DNA of 64,000 nt, from assembly GCF_009914755.1 (NCBI RefSeq), contig NC_060932.1; one strand, given 5' to 3'. Shown here piece by piece: positions 40,636-55,418 of the stretch. The stretch is from the human T2T-CHM13v2.0 reference genome, Homo sapiens. Below the pieces are notes generated by a model. It had not been told where the DNA came from and ran no database searches. It worked only from the letters and a program-made list of their open reading frames with translations. The translations under genes and the position numbers were made by a program. How positions within the stretch are numbered: the stretch's first letter is position 1; each line of letters opens with the position of its first letter.

Positions 40636-43242
40636 ACAGAATAAAGTTGCATGTCATGGAGTAAATTAGAAAGTGCAAGAGGTGAGGATGAGAGACGAAC
40701 ATAAAGTCACAGGCTCAGGGTTTCATAAAAGAGGCAAATCTTTGTCCATAAAACCTGTGATAGAACACCTTACCTTCTGCAGAGGGTAAGACAAAACAAA
40801 ACTCTTAACGCTTTTAAGACCAATATTCAAGACCAGCAGCCTGACTAAATTAGTACAGGGTACAGGGATGTTTTTGATTGATTTCTGTAGAAATTAAAAA
40901 ATATTTAGGTTAATTAATATGACTACTGATTAGGGATAGATTTTGTTCCTAATTTTAAAAGTCTATATTTTATAACTATTTAAGTTGTCATTTACAGCTC
41001 ATAAAATTTGCAAGGCATAATATCCTTGAGCCTTTATTTTTTTCAAGTTTCCAAAATAAGTTTCTGTAAACTTTGAGAGGAGTTATGATGAAGCATTATC
41101 TATACTCTGGCAGAGTTTTGTTTTGCTGAATGTTCCAGACTAAAAGAAAGTTAGCTCAGGAAATCCTCTCAAGTGGCTATTGATATTTAATAAGCTTAAC
41201 TCTAATGACAAGTTTCAGCCAGTCCCTCTTCCAGAAAGTCCACAAGGTCACTGTTTATCTGTTATATAAGTTAGAGGAGGATACCATCACCTGGTTTCCT
41301 TACACTGGGAATTATTGTGGATTTGGCATTTGTCCCTCTCTAAATTTTCTCCTTCCTTTGGGCAAATGCAACATGTACCTTTCACCTTTGTTTCCACATG
41401 GCTATGAGCACAGTATCTTTCATAAGGCCAACACTAAATGATATTTCATGAATTAGTAAATGAAACGTTCAAATTATAGCAGAAAGGTTGAGCAAAGTCT
41501 CCTTTTCAGATTCATAATTATGTATGAATCTTTATGCTTATGTGAGAAACTACTGCATTTAAACATTTGTGCAGATATGTGTCTGTGTAAATATACAAAG
41601 GTTATCCTAATATATCTAATTTTGCCAGCAGCAAATATCAGGCTTCTTAGTGCTAAATTGTTAGATCAAATACACTAATTTCAATGATCCAGAAGATATT
41701 TCAAAAAAAACATTGTATTTAAAACTCAGAAATTCCCTTTCTCACTGTGCTTTTTCAAAATGACTGATTTTCATATACCATCTTAATGGAGGGTTCTTCT
41801 ACATCTAGGCTCTGTCACTAGGAAGAAAAAGTCAAGAAATGAGTCATTCATATCTTCAAGCCTAACAAAGACATCAAAAGACATCAAAATCAGAAACTTT
41901 ATTTTCACTCTCATTGTCAATATCTATGTACCCCAAAAGAGCATTTTTGAATTGCTTTTTGTTGTTGTTGTTGTTATGAACTAGTAAATTGGAATAGTCT
42001 TATGGAAAATACAGACTAGGGTTGTGCTTGCAAATGCATAGACTTATGTAACATAAATGCATTTTCTAGATTCTAGACAATTCCAGATGGAACTTTTTTT
42101 ATTCCATCATTACAATGTAGGAAATTGCCTTGATCTTTCCTGTGCATGCCCCTATAGTGTGACTGAGACCACACCTTATTAATTTTGTCTAATCCCTTAC
42201 ACCTAGAATATAGTGGCCACCCTAAATTTTTGTTGAATTTTACTCTGTAGATAATAGAAAACTAATAAAATAATACAAAATCAAGTGAAAATAAAAAAAA
42301 TTATCTAATTTACCTGTTTCGTATGCACAATAAAACTGAGTAATTAAGCCTCCAGATCCTAACTCATCCAGTTTAGCAGGATAGTAGAGAATATGAGAAA
42401 TTACCTGAACATCAAATTCAGAAAACCAAGTTTTGCCACTAAGATATTTGAAATATAAATCATCTTCAGTTTTAATTATACACCGAATATTTCAATGCCC
42501 TCTCCTTGTTTTGCATGTGTAATCTGTGTAATCATAGATCAAAATTAAGTGTTTTATTTAGGAACCTATTTAAAAGATGATAGCAGCTAATCATTTAAAA
42601 TTAGCTCCATGACCAGAACGATACAGCCATGCAAAACTGAAGCTTAGGGTTTGATCCAAATAATTTACGTTGTCTATTTGTCCCAAATTCGTTAATTCAT
42701 AACTTCTGTTTCCAGCATGCCCCCACATTTGGGCTGTTTTGATCATACCTTTGAAAGCACTATTGCTTGGGGAGGAGGGATGGCTGTTTTAAATGAATCC
42801 TAAATGTGGGAAATCAATATAAATTCTCATCCATAAGAGAAATTTTTACCTTGACACTTTGTTCTTCATTTGCAATTTTGACTTCTTGGGTGCACCCTGT
42901 TCTCAGATATGGAGGGTACATCTTGGAGAAAACTGTCACAGACCCTCTTGGAGGGACAGAGGTACCCTAGGTAGTGACAAAGCCTGTGAGCTTCAAAGGC
43001 ACACCTCTGATACCTCTAGCTTTTAATGGATTTCTTGGGCTTTCCAAAAGCAGCCCTTGAACCCTGGGAAATGGATTATCTGTCTTTTGTTTCATACTTC
43101 AAAGTCTGTTTTTTAATGGGGATTCATTTCTCTATGGAATTCAGGAGGATTCGCATGTCTAACAAGGACTGACATATATGGAGAGAATTGAGGAGAATTC
43201 CTTTGGAAACATTGAACACCTTTAACATTGGAAAGCTGACCA

Positions 43243-43477
43243 TAGGTGGGAATTGAACAATGAGAACACATGGACACAGGAAGGGGAACATCACACACCG
43301 GGGCCTTTTGTGGGGTAGGGGAAGCGGGGAGGGATAGCATTAGGAGATATACCTAATGTTAAATGATGAATTAATGGGTGCAGCACACCAACATGGCACA
43401 TGTATACGTATGTAACTAACCTGCACGTTGTGTACATGTACCCTAAACTTAAAATATAATTTAAAAAAAGAAAAAAA
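43243..43477 (+). mobile_element. Young L1PA (about PA4-PA5) 3' end, 5'-truncated, with TSD
   Basis: TAGGTGGGAATTGAACAATGAGAACAC..poly(A); perfect 19-bp TSD AACATTGGAAAGCTGACCA at 43224-43242 and 43478-43496. Confidence 0.95.
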
Positions 43478-43670
43478 AACATTGGAAAGCTGACCACTTA
43501 TTTTGTCTGAAATAGTCCCTGGACTGCATTAGAGGCCAAAGCAGCATTGGCTTAAAATATACTTACCAAATGTATTGAAATCAAGCCAGGGCCCTTATCA
43601 AACCAAGCCAGAAGTTTCCCTTGCTCTTTCCTATTCCTTTCCAACTTTGTTGAGCTTCCTAGAAATGTAC

Positions 43671-44071
43671 TTTTTTATTTTTTAATTTCAACTTTTATCT
43701 TAGATACAGGGGCTACATGTGCAGGTTTGTTACATGGGTATATTACATGATGCTGAGGTTTGTGGTATGGATTCCATCATCCAGGTAGTGAACATAGTAC
43801 CCAATAGGTAGTTTCTCAACCAAGTACTCCACAGTGTCTGTTGTTTCCATTGTCCCCATCTTTATGTCCATGGTACCCAATGTTTAGCTCCCACTTGTGA
43901 GAATATGCAGTATTTGGTTTTCCATTTCCTGCTTTATTTGGCTTAGAATTATGGCCTCTAGCTTCATCCATTTCACTGCAAGGGACGTGATTTCATTTTG
44001 TATGGCTGTATAGTATTCCGTGGTGTATATGTACCACATTTTCCTTATCCAATCCACCATTGATGGGCACC

Positions 44072-44075
<4 letters not shown>
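43671..44075 (-). mobile_element. L1PB/old L1PA 3' end (non-inverted part of a 5'-inverted L1)
   Basis: Poly(T), TACATGTGCAGGTTTGTTACATGGGTA..CCACCATTGATGGGCACCTAGG. Confidence 0.9.
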
Positions 44076-46092
<2,017 letters not shown>

Positions 46093-46419
46093 TAGCTTTT
46101 GAAACCATCATTATTTCATGATTTGGGCCCTCTGCACTCCTCCACTCTGGAAGCAGCAGGCCAGAGACCCGTGGGAACACCACCAGCCAGGCAAGGAAGA
46201 ATAGCAAGCTGGGATCCAGTGGGAGGCATAGACTTACTGCAGGAGATGACTCTAACAGTACAGTGAGGGGGAGGTGGCAGACTATCTGAGGGCAGTAACA
46301 ATGTTGGGCACATTTTAGCAGTGACTGGCAAGAAACAGTAGCAGGGTTTCAAATAAAGAGACGAAACCCTGCCTTGGGATATCCAGGCAGTAGTCAATAT
46401 GTAAGAGTCAAAGAGCTAC

Positions 46420-46840
46420 ACATTATTCCTTTTGAAAATATAAAAAAGAATGTATATAGATTCATATTTTTACCACCTTTTCTGCACCAAAAGCAGTACA
46501 TTATGACTTTCTTCTATACCTTGCTTTTTTCACTTAGTGAATACCAAAGATCACTCCACTATAATCTATGAAGATCCTAATTTCTTTTGTACAGCTGCAC
46601 AGTGCTCCATTTTGGATGAGCCATAGTTTATGGTCCTGAAAAACATTTGGGTCATTTACAATCTTTTCTTCTCACAACAGTGCTAGAATTAATAGGCTTG
46701 TGTGTGTGTTTGCCATTTTATCTCTGGGTTAGATTCCTAGAAGTGGGTTTGCTGAGTCAAGGTATATGCACTTTTGCTGGATGCTGCCAAACTCCCTTCT
46801 GTGGAGGCTGCACTATTTTGCATTCCCATCAGCAATGACC
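46420..46840 (-). mobile_element. Old L1M (L1ME/MC-like) fragment
   Basis: TACCTTGCTTTTTTCACTTA..GATTCCTAGAAGTGGG..TTTTGCATTCCCATCAGCAATG. Confidence 0.7.
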
Positions 46841-46849
46841 ATCAAATGC

Positions 46850-47600
46850 AGATAATTTTATATTGGAGAAGCAGGGTAGGAATTTGAGCTACTTTAAGCC
46901 TGGTGCTTTGTTTTCTGTTGAAGTAGAAAACAATGTCACCAGTGAATAGAGGAGATAGGTTTGAGCTGATGTCTTGAGGAGAGCAGGGAAGTTATAGCAG
47001 AAAAGGGAAGTACTCAACAAGTGAGACAGGACCATTCAGTAATGTGAAGGGCTCAGCCAAGACTCTGTTCTTTGAGATTTTCCTAACGTTAGTCAGCATG
47101 GTAGGGCAAATTTCTTCAGCAGTGGTCCATGGACCAAGTATAGGACTTAAAAATGACAAATGGTTAGATTAATCTATGGCAAGGTGGGGGTGGCACATAG
47201 ACAAGGGTGTAATGAAATTGAAGTGTTGGCAAAACAATGGAGTCTAGACTGAATGAAGAAGGAAATGAAGCTAAAAGGGCCTAAATAGAAAGGACTTAAG
47301 GAACAAAGGACCATGATGAAGAGCCAAAGATAGGTGTTGTGGATGGAGAGTGAAGGGAAAGCCAGAGAGATATGAAGCTGTGATCAGAGGATGGAGTTTT
47401 AGAGTTTGAGATTTCAGATCTGGAGTAGTGCCAGGTCATAGCAGGGTCCTGGTGGGGAAATGGATGTGGACAGATGAATTGGGAGGTAATTCAAGTTAAG
47501 AAGGTTCAGAAACTGAAATGCTAGGGCATTAGAAGGGTATGCTACATGGATATTGAACTCTCCTGGGGTTTGAGCTAGATTTGACCAAATATTTTATCAA
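46850..47600 (-). mobile_element. Ancient L2 fragment
   Basis: Purine-rich diverged stretch of the kind seen for antisense L2 ORF2 relics; weak diagnostic motifs. Confidence 0.4.
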
Positions 47601-48169
47601 TGGAGAAAATGTCTATTATTTCACTCTGATAAGGCCTATTGCCTAATCTGTAGCTGAAGTTCATAAAATAATCATTAAATGAACAACTGAATGAGTAATC
47701 CAATTGCTGTAGGAGGGACTTATTCAGCTTTTAGGAGATAATATGACTTAAGGATATTAGTGATATCTACTTTTAGTATTCAAGATAGTATTACTGACTT
47801 GTTCTGTGATTTTGTCTGACAGTTGACTAGTAAGGAAAATTGGCATATTTCTTTCCCTGCATCTTATTTTTCCTCCATCTGTGAAGAAATATATAGTGGA
47901 AAAATGTCTAAACAATAAGATGGGAAATCAGAGATTTGGTCCCAGATTTGCTACTCACTACCTGTAACCTTATTCAAAGCTCTTACTGATTTATCTTCAG
48001 AAATAAGGGTGGTTCTGGATAACCTCTATTTTATTTCTAATTCTAAACTTTGAGTTTCTTTGAGTATGGAATTTGAAGTAACTCAGAAAGTAAACATTCT
48101 AGTTGTATTCACCCATCTAGTCTGAAGTTCTTTTTGTTTAAGATTGTTTTGAAGGCAAACACTGAAACT

Positions 48170-48435
48170 CTTGAGTTGTCCCAGGAACAGATCCTGAAAC
48201 AAAGATGTGAGGACAAGTGGTTTATTTGAGAGGTGATCCCTGGTAGCACTAGTAGGTGATTAGCGAAGGGAAAGAGCCTGATACTGGGTGTGTTGAGGAC
48301 CAGGTCTTTACTGTGGGTGTTTGAGGTTGAGTCCTGGCAGGGACTGCTGGTAGGTGGAGGTCAGAATTGACCACCCACACAAGGAAGGAAGCTGGGGCAT
48401 TTGTGCTCCAACTCTTGTCTGTCACTGGCTGGACA
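48170..48435 (-). mobile_element. ERVL LTR fragment, LTR16-family-like
   Basis: CAGATCCTGAAACAAAGAT..CAAGTGGTTTATTTGAGAGGTGATCCC..GGAAGCTGGGGCATTT. Confidence 0.6.
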
Positions 48436-48451
48436 ACCTAAGAATTCAACT

Positions 48452-48625
48452 GGCTGGACATGATGGTGCATGCCTGTAGTTCTAGCTACTGGAGAGGCTA
48501 AGGCAGGAGGATCTCTTGAGCCCAGGAGGTCAAGGCTGCAGTGAGCTATGATTGTGCCAGTGCACCCCAGCCTGGGTGACAGAGTGAGACCTTGGCTCAA
48601 AAATAAATAAATAAATAAAATAAAT
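48452..48625 (+). mobile_element. Right Alu monomer (FRAM-like) or 5'-truncated AluJ
   Basis: Right arm only GGCTGGACATGATGGTGCATGCCTGTAGT..GAGCTATGATTG; (TAAA)n tail. Confidence 0.85.
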
Positions 48626-49381
48626 GACTTAAGGGAAATTATGCCAGTTCCTGGCCAGAGAATGAGGTTCAAGCTGTTGGAAATAACCTCTCAAATATTC
48701 CAATAACTCTAAATCCAATGTCATCTACGGAAAGATGTTCTTTCCCATGAAAGATGGACATCTAGGAAGCCAGATACCTCCATTTTCATCATGTCAATAA
48801 CATATAACTTTCTCCTTCTACTTCTTCTAGGTGGATTACCTAGGTTTTAGAAGGAAAAATATTTCTTTATTCAAAAAAGCTTAATTTTATGGAGTACTTA
48901 AATGGACAAGACACAACTTTTTGCCCTTGACGAGACTCCATGCTAAAGGGGAGATAAAACCGTGCAGAAATATAAACAAATAACCACAGTCCAAAGCTGC
49001 CTTACTCCCATTTGAGTAGTATAAGTAAAAATAGATCTCTGGGTTATTTTTTAAAGGTGTTTGAGAAGTAGAGTAATTGAAACATTTTCCTTTCTCGTTT
49101 TTTATTTTTATACCATCTTTTTTCTATTTTCATCTATTACTATCTTTATCTAAATGCCTTACTCTTGTATATAGAAGTTGGCTGCATCACCAATCACTTT
49201 CATCAATGTGCTTACAGATAAGTATAGCATTATTCAGATGCATAGCTACATGATTTTTAAAGTGTGTATAGATCGTTTTAGACTCTTTGAAAGTTATTCA
49301 CTTTTCTGTATAATATTAACTTCACCCCATTTTTCCTCTGCACTTTGAAACAGATTTGGACATCCTGAAATTTTTTTAACA

Positions 49382-49572
49382 CAGGGGGTAGAAGGAGGGA
49401 GAGGATCAGGAAGAATAACTTGTGGGTGCTGGGACTAATACCTGGGTGATGGGTTGATCTGTGCAGCAAACTACCATGGCACATGTTTACCTATGTGACA
49501 AGCCTGCACATCCCACACGTGTACCCCTGAACTTAAAAGTTGGACATTTTAAAAAAGAAAAAGAACAAAAAA
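49382..49572 (+). mobile_element. Older L1PA 3' end with degenerate TSD
   Basis: GGGAGAGGATCAGGAAGAATAACT..ACCTGGGTGATG..GTACCCCTGAACTTAAAA; GAAATTTTTTTAACA vs GAAATTATTTAACA flanks. Confidence 0.88.
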
Positions 49573-49682
49573 GAAATTATTTAACAATTAGACAAGAGAA
49601 AGAAAGATATATACAAATTAAATTAGCTTAGGTGGTTGCCTCTAAGTAGATTTGGTGTTTAAATGTTTTTTTATTTTTTTAA

Positions 49683-49725
49683 TTTTTTTATTATACTTTA
49701 AGTTTTAGGGTACATGTGCACAACG
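49683..49725 (-). mobile_element. 43-bp L1PA 3'-terminal micro-insertion with TSD
   Basis: TTTTTTTATTATACTTTAAGTTTTAGGGTACATGTGCACAACG between TTTTATTTTTTTAA copies at 49669-49682 and 49726-49739. Confidence 0.85.
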
Positions 49726-49759
49726 TTTTATTTTTTTAAATGTTTCTTCATTAGTGTTC

Positions 49760-50000
49760 CCATAGCACTTTACATAAACATCTACTTGAAAATTTATTAC
49801 TCCATATTATCATCCCTTGCTCAAATGCCTCCCCACCCCTCTCTGCCCTTACTTGCCTCCTTCCCTCCTCCATTCTTCCCTTCTTCCCTCCATCCTTTGC
49901 ACAAGAATACAGTATCCAGGAAACAGGAACCTTGTCTTATTCACTTTTGTGTTCCTTGTACCTTGTATTGGGTGATGTATAACTGGATGGATGGATGAGA
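49760..50000 (+). mobile_element. L2 3' end
   Basis: CAGGAACCTTGTCTTATTCACTTTTGTGTTCC..GGATGGATGGATG. Confidence 0.55.
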
Positions 50001-52094
50001 GACAGCTATAAGTGAACTCTTCCACAAGATCTGGAGAATGATGATGATCATGATGATCTTTTAACCATGAAACACCTGCTAAGTACTGACTTCACCTTCA
50101 GTGTTCCTGCTCCTATCTATCAAATGGTTATGACCTAAGGACCAAAGTCTTTAAAAGTTTATCAAAATCTCTTAGAAGCTAAGCTTGACCTCTGAAAATG
50201 AAGGTAATTGAATATTTTTAAAGCTCACCGCAGACTGAGTGAGCCAAGTGATGAAATGTACTCATAGGCTGAATTAACAGAGTTTTATCAAGGATTTTCT
50301 CCTGTCCTTTTTGCCCCTTTAGTCTGGCCACCTAAAATATCCCCAGTTCCCAGAATTCCACAGCTCTCTACTTCAGTTTGGCCATTCAGATGGAACTTAA
50401 GGAAAGACACTTGGAAGTGTAATTGCAGAAAATAAACATGAAATTCAGAACTTTATAGAAATATTTGTGCACTAAAATTATAAGAGGGTTAGAAAGTTAA
50501 GTGAATTTTAATGGCATGAGGCAATTTTATGAGGAAGAAAGCTTTCAGTACAAGAAGAGTAATGGCACTTAAGCAGGGTGGAGGGGTCACTCGGTGCAGC
50601 CGACTGCAGTCCTTCCTCTGCTGTGGGCATTTGTTTCTGATAGTCGGGGAGCACGAGTATTGCAATGCCATTGACTGTCTGTTAGCAAGTAGAGCACTTC
50701 AACTGCTGTGGGTAAGAGGCAGGCTTCCTTCTAGCAAAAAGGCTTTCAGTCAGATGCCCAGTGTTTTCCAAAAGCCTGACTTTAACTCTGAACCCACCAA
50801 GAACGTTGGGGAAACTGATTATTTCAGTCCATCCAGAACTCATGCAGTAGACCATGCTTACCAAATGCCACCAGACCATCAGGAATTCATCTAAGATGTT
50901 TGGGATATAGATCAAGGGTGCCCATGAAGGAGTTTAGAATCCCTCAGGGTCACTGCCCATAGCAGGGACAATTTCAAGCCAAACCCATTGGATTCACCCT
51001 GAATAAGACTTTCTCCTCTATTATCTGAAGTAAGCCAAAATTCGGTTTTCTGTCTTCTTCTCAACATTTTTGTTAATTTGTCAAGCAGCTCGAAAGCTGC
51101 CATTTTCATTTTCAGATGAATATCTTAGTCTTTGCTTTTGCACATAAGTAAAACTGTTTGCTATATTTAAGGAAGCTTTAGGGGAGGAAGAAATACATAG
51201 CAAAGTGAGACCCAGGCCTTGTGCCTTTTGCTCTTTTCCACTAAAAACAATTCATTTCTGATGGTTTAATTTATTTAGCCATGTATAGTTTCTAATCTAA
51301 AACTCCTATTTTAAGAAGCCAATGAATCTTTTGCTTTTCAGTCCCCTATAGATCTTATGATTCTGGCTAGTATCAAAAACACTTCCAGAAGAGGTTTGGG
51401 TCACCTTCATCAGTCCTGGGATTAGCTCACATTAAACAAGAGAATTTATAATTTTGAAAAAAGTATTTGTTTCCATTTCTTTTACAACCAAAGTGTTCAA
51501 TGGTTTAAAAATAGTTTAAAAGATACTCTGTAAAATTTAAACTATATGGTGAAAGAAAGCTGCTTTGGTGATTTTATGTAAAAAATCATTTCCTCTCTTA
51601 GAGTAGAAGTTGGTTTGCAAATTAACGTGGTGGAGCCAAAATAGAGAATTGCATCGTAAGAGAGTGACTCACAATGTTTTGACTTTTTAAAATATATCTT
51701 TCCCGACAGCAATGACTGCCTTGTCATTTGATTGCTTTCTAATTAATGTTAAGTTTTCCATTATAAATATCACAGTTTTGCCAGCAGAGCTACCAGTTGT
51801 GACCTCGTATTACCTGTCCTTGTAGGACGCACTGGGCAATTAAGACCATGGGTGTCTATGACTACAAAGATGTATCTCCTCATATTCTAACCTTAGGTGT
51901 GGTACAATCAGTACTGCCATAAGAACATTTCCATTAATAGCAGAGAAATAAATCAATGTTTATTTGCTTGGAAGTAAAAATAGGTACTTGCTGATAAGTG
52001 TGTGTTTCTTGCTACTTTTATTTATGAAGAATTAACCAACCATGAAGTATCCTTGATGAATAAAACCAAGTTGCAACCTTTAAAAACTATTTAA

Positions 52095-52427
<333 letters not shown>

Positions 52428-53254
52428 CTATTTAAAAGTAGAAAGAGGAGGAGGAAGAGGAAGAGGAAGAAGAAGAGCTGTACACTATGCGAAGAAGAAG
52501 ATGGATGGAACAGATAAAGTCAATCCAAGGCTCATGGTATGCTCAGCAGAGCAGATACTGCTTGAAGCCCCTCCCTAAAGGCTTCATGCAACCTAAAAGG
52601 AGAATTCAACCTAGAAGGAATACAGAGACATATTTGGATTCTCTAACACAAAAATGTTTGCAAATAGAAAATCAAAGCTGTGTTTAAAAGTTTCTGCAGT
52701 CAGACCTTGCCAAATGTAGGCTCGAAAGCATCAGTAACTCTCTCTCTGCCTCTATGTCCCTATGTTTAGTCATTTAGAGTCAGAGGTAGCTGAAGGTGGC
52801 CTCCCTACTGTCTGTGAACCCAATGGACAAATTTAGAAGTTTATAGCCTTAATATACCCTAAGTGTTATATAATAACTTTTACAACCTGAATTAATAAGT
52901 TCTTACATTTAACTTCCAATTTATTTTTTCCTTTTTGAGTTAAGGAAAAAAGCTGTACACTTGTCTACAAGAACTGTCATCCTCCACTTGAACAAAGACC
53001 ATTTATCTCTTCTTCTGGCACATCCTGAAAATTTCAACCTTTTGAATCATATTGTATGCATAGTTTGGTTATTCTTCCTCTAAGAAAATGTCTAAACTGA
53101 CTTTTTCTTGGGTATTTTTTTTCACCTTGCCTGATTCTTTCAGCAGATATTTATTGAGCTCCTCTTTTGTGCATGCACTGGAGAGATCTTTGAACTATGA
53201 AGGAATATAAACTTTTCTCCCCATTTTATACTTAATTTAACTCTTTCTTTTCCT

Positions 53255-53540
53255 TCATCTTAAGCATCAGTTCCTCACAGAAGCATCCCTGACCTTCTAG
53301 TTTAGGTTGGTCATGTTTATTGCATAGAACCTCAGTGTTTCCTTTATAGAACTGATTTCAGTTGTAAATCAACTCATTTATTGATTATTTTACTATTATC
53401 TATCTCCCCAACATTAGAACAGGAGCCATGTCTGATTTTGTTCACCTATTTATTCCAGTACCTGGCCCACAATACTGCTCAGTTAATTGGTGGACTGATT
53501 AGTACTTGATGAATGAATGGATGGGTCAATGAATGAAACA
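53255..53540 (+). mobile_element. L2 3' region
   Basis: TTCCTCACAGAAGCATCCCTGACC..TTTTGTTCAC..CCAGTACCTGG..GAATGAATG. Confidence 0.7.
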
Positions 53541-55104
53541 TAGTTTCTTCCTTCCAACAGCTCATAGCATAGTATAGGAAAAGAAGCATAGCTGGGCAGG
53601 GAAAGTAGATGAGACTGGAAAGGTAAGTATGGGATAAAATTATAAACAGCCTGGCTAAGGTGTTTTCACATTATTTTGTTGGAAAGAAGATGCCAACGAG
53701 ATGTGGTTTAGACAAAGGCAACAGCTGCAGAGCAGCAGGAGCGCAGGAGCTGAGTCAGAGCACCTCACACATCCCTCTGCTTCCTTGGAAGAGTAATCAG
53801 CATTGCAAGGAAGACCCTTTAAAAGATTATCTCCTTCCCATAGAGTGGGGCCTGGCTTACAGAAACTCCCTGACCCAGGGGACCCACATGACAAAAATAG
53901 ACTTGAACCAAGGGCTGATTCAAACTTGGTTTTGACACATGTGGCCATACAGCAGAGTAACAAGTTGCTATTTTTCTTCCCAGCCATTTTTCAGACAGTT
54001 TCAGCAAGATTGGAATTCCAGGTGTAGTCAGACAGTCAACAATATTTATTAAGCACTGGTCATGTACCAAGTCCTGGGGATAGAAGGATTTTTTTTTAAT
54101 TGATGTGGATATGGCCACTGTCCTTGCAAACCTTAGAGACTAATGAGCCAAAAACAACAGCAAATAATCCAGGGCAACTCCATGTGGTAAGTGTTCTGAT
54201 AGGGAAGGCACAGAGAGCTGTGGGCTCACATTGGTGTAGCTCATGTGTCCCAGGTGACACGTGGTCCCAGAGGACATGTGCTCTAAGATGTCAACCCAAT
54301 GAGGAGAGTTAATCAAGGGAGAAGGGGGAAGAAGAACACATCAGGCAAAGGGACCAAAGTATGCAAAAACTCACAGACAAGAGAGAACATTGCATGTGAG
54401 AGGAAGGGAGAGGGATTCTGGAGCATGGTGTGGAGGAGAGGAGTGGCAGGAAGGCACAGGGGCAAAAGGTGAGGGAGAATCTGTAGAGTTCGGCAGGACA
54501 AGATCACACAGTGCCTTGTAATCCACGTCAGGAGTGCAAGCTTTATGGTGAGAACAATGGGAAGATTAGAGGTGATGGGAGTATTAAAGAGCTGATGGTT
54601 ACAACATGGTGGATGTACTCGAGGAGCAAGAAATGGGAGGAAAGACAGTTCCAAGGTTTGGGCATGAATCTAGGGGGGAAATGATGGCAGTCCCACACTC
54701 AGGTAGTGGCAAAAAGGATGAAGAGTAATGTGGAGGTATGAGAGATATTTAAGAGGTCGATTGGTTGGGCTTTGGGGACTGGTTGGATGATAAGGGAAGA
54801 AGAGATGAGGAATCAAGGATGCTTGCATCACTACGGGATGGTGGGACCTTCCCCTAAGCTGTGACACATGGAGGAGGAATAGATTTAGTGCCAGAGGAAA
54901 GATGGTGAATTCTATTTGAGGTATGTTTGAGTGAAAAGTACCCATGGGACATCTTAGGGGAAATATTCAGCTGCCACTTGACTTGACAGATCTGGAGCTA
55001 AGGAGAGAGATCCCAATCATCTGTGTGACTCCTCTTGTTGGTAGTCCTCACATGTTGGCATATACAACAGTCATAACAACGTGGACTTTCACGTCAGGGG
55101 AGAC

Positions 55105-55270
55105 CAAGGCTCAAGTCGCTTATGAGTTGTGTGGGCTTGTACACATTACATTGCTAAGCCTTTCTGAGCTTTAATTTCTTCATTATAAAAATCTGTTAAT
55201 AATGTTACCTACTTCATAGGCTATTGAGAGAAATAAATGAAATAATCTTTGTAAGGCACTTAGCCTCAAT
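55105..55270 (+). mobile_element. MIR within the L2 gap
   Basis: TTCTGAGCTTTAATTTCTTCAT..ACCTACTTCATAGGCTATTGAGAGAAATAAATGAAATAAT..GTAAGGCACTTAGC. Confidence 0.75.
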
Positions 55271-55355
55271 CAATCTTTATTGGTGGCAGTGGTGGTAGTG
55301 CCGGTAGTGGGATAGTGTTGGTGGGATTAGTAATGTCATCTACCCTGGAAATGTA

Positions 55356-55418
55356 GATTTGAGAACCACCAATGCATAGAACCATCAAAGGTGGATTTGA
55401 GAACCACCAATGCATAGA
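55356..55418. repeat. 25-bp perfect direct repeat with 13-bp spacer
   Basis: GATTTGAGAACCACCAATGCATAGA at 55356-55380 and 55394-55418; spacer ACCATCAAAGGTG. Confidence 0.95.

Noticed and set aside
50529-50894. 121-aa ORF as a protein-coding gene
   Set aside because: No recognisable homology, and it overlaps similar-sized antisense ORFs; kept only as a possible non-coding element.
52441-52510. GA-rich stretch giving Arg/Lys-rich peptides resembling an NLS
   Set aside because: Simple purine repeat next to an Alu tail.
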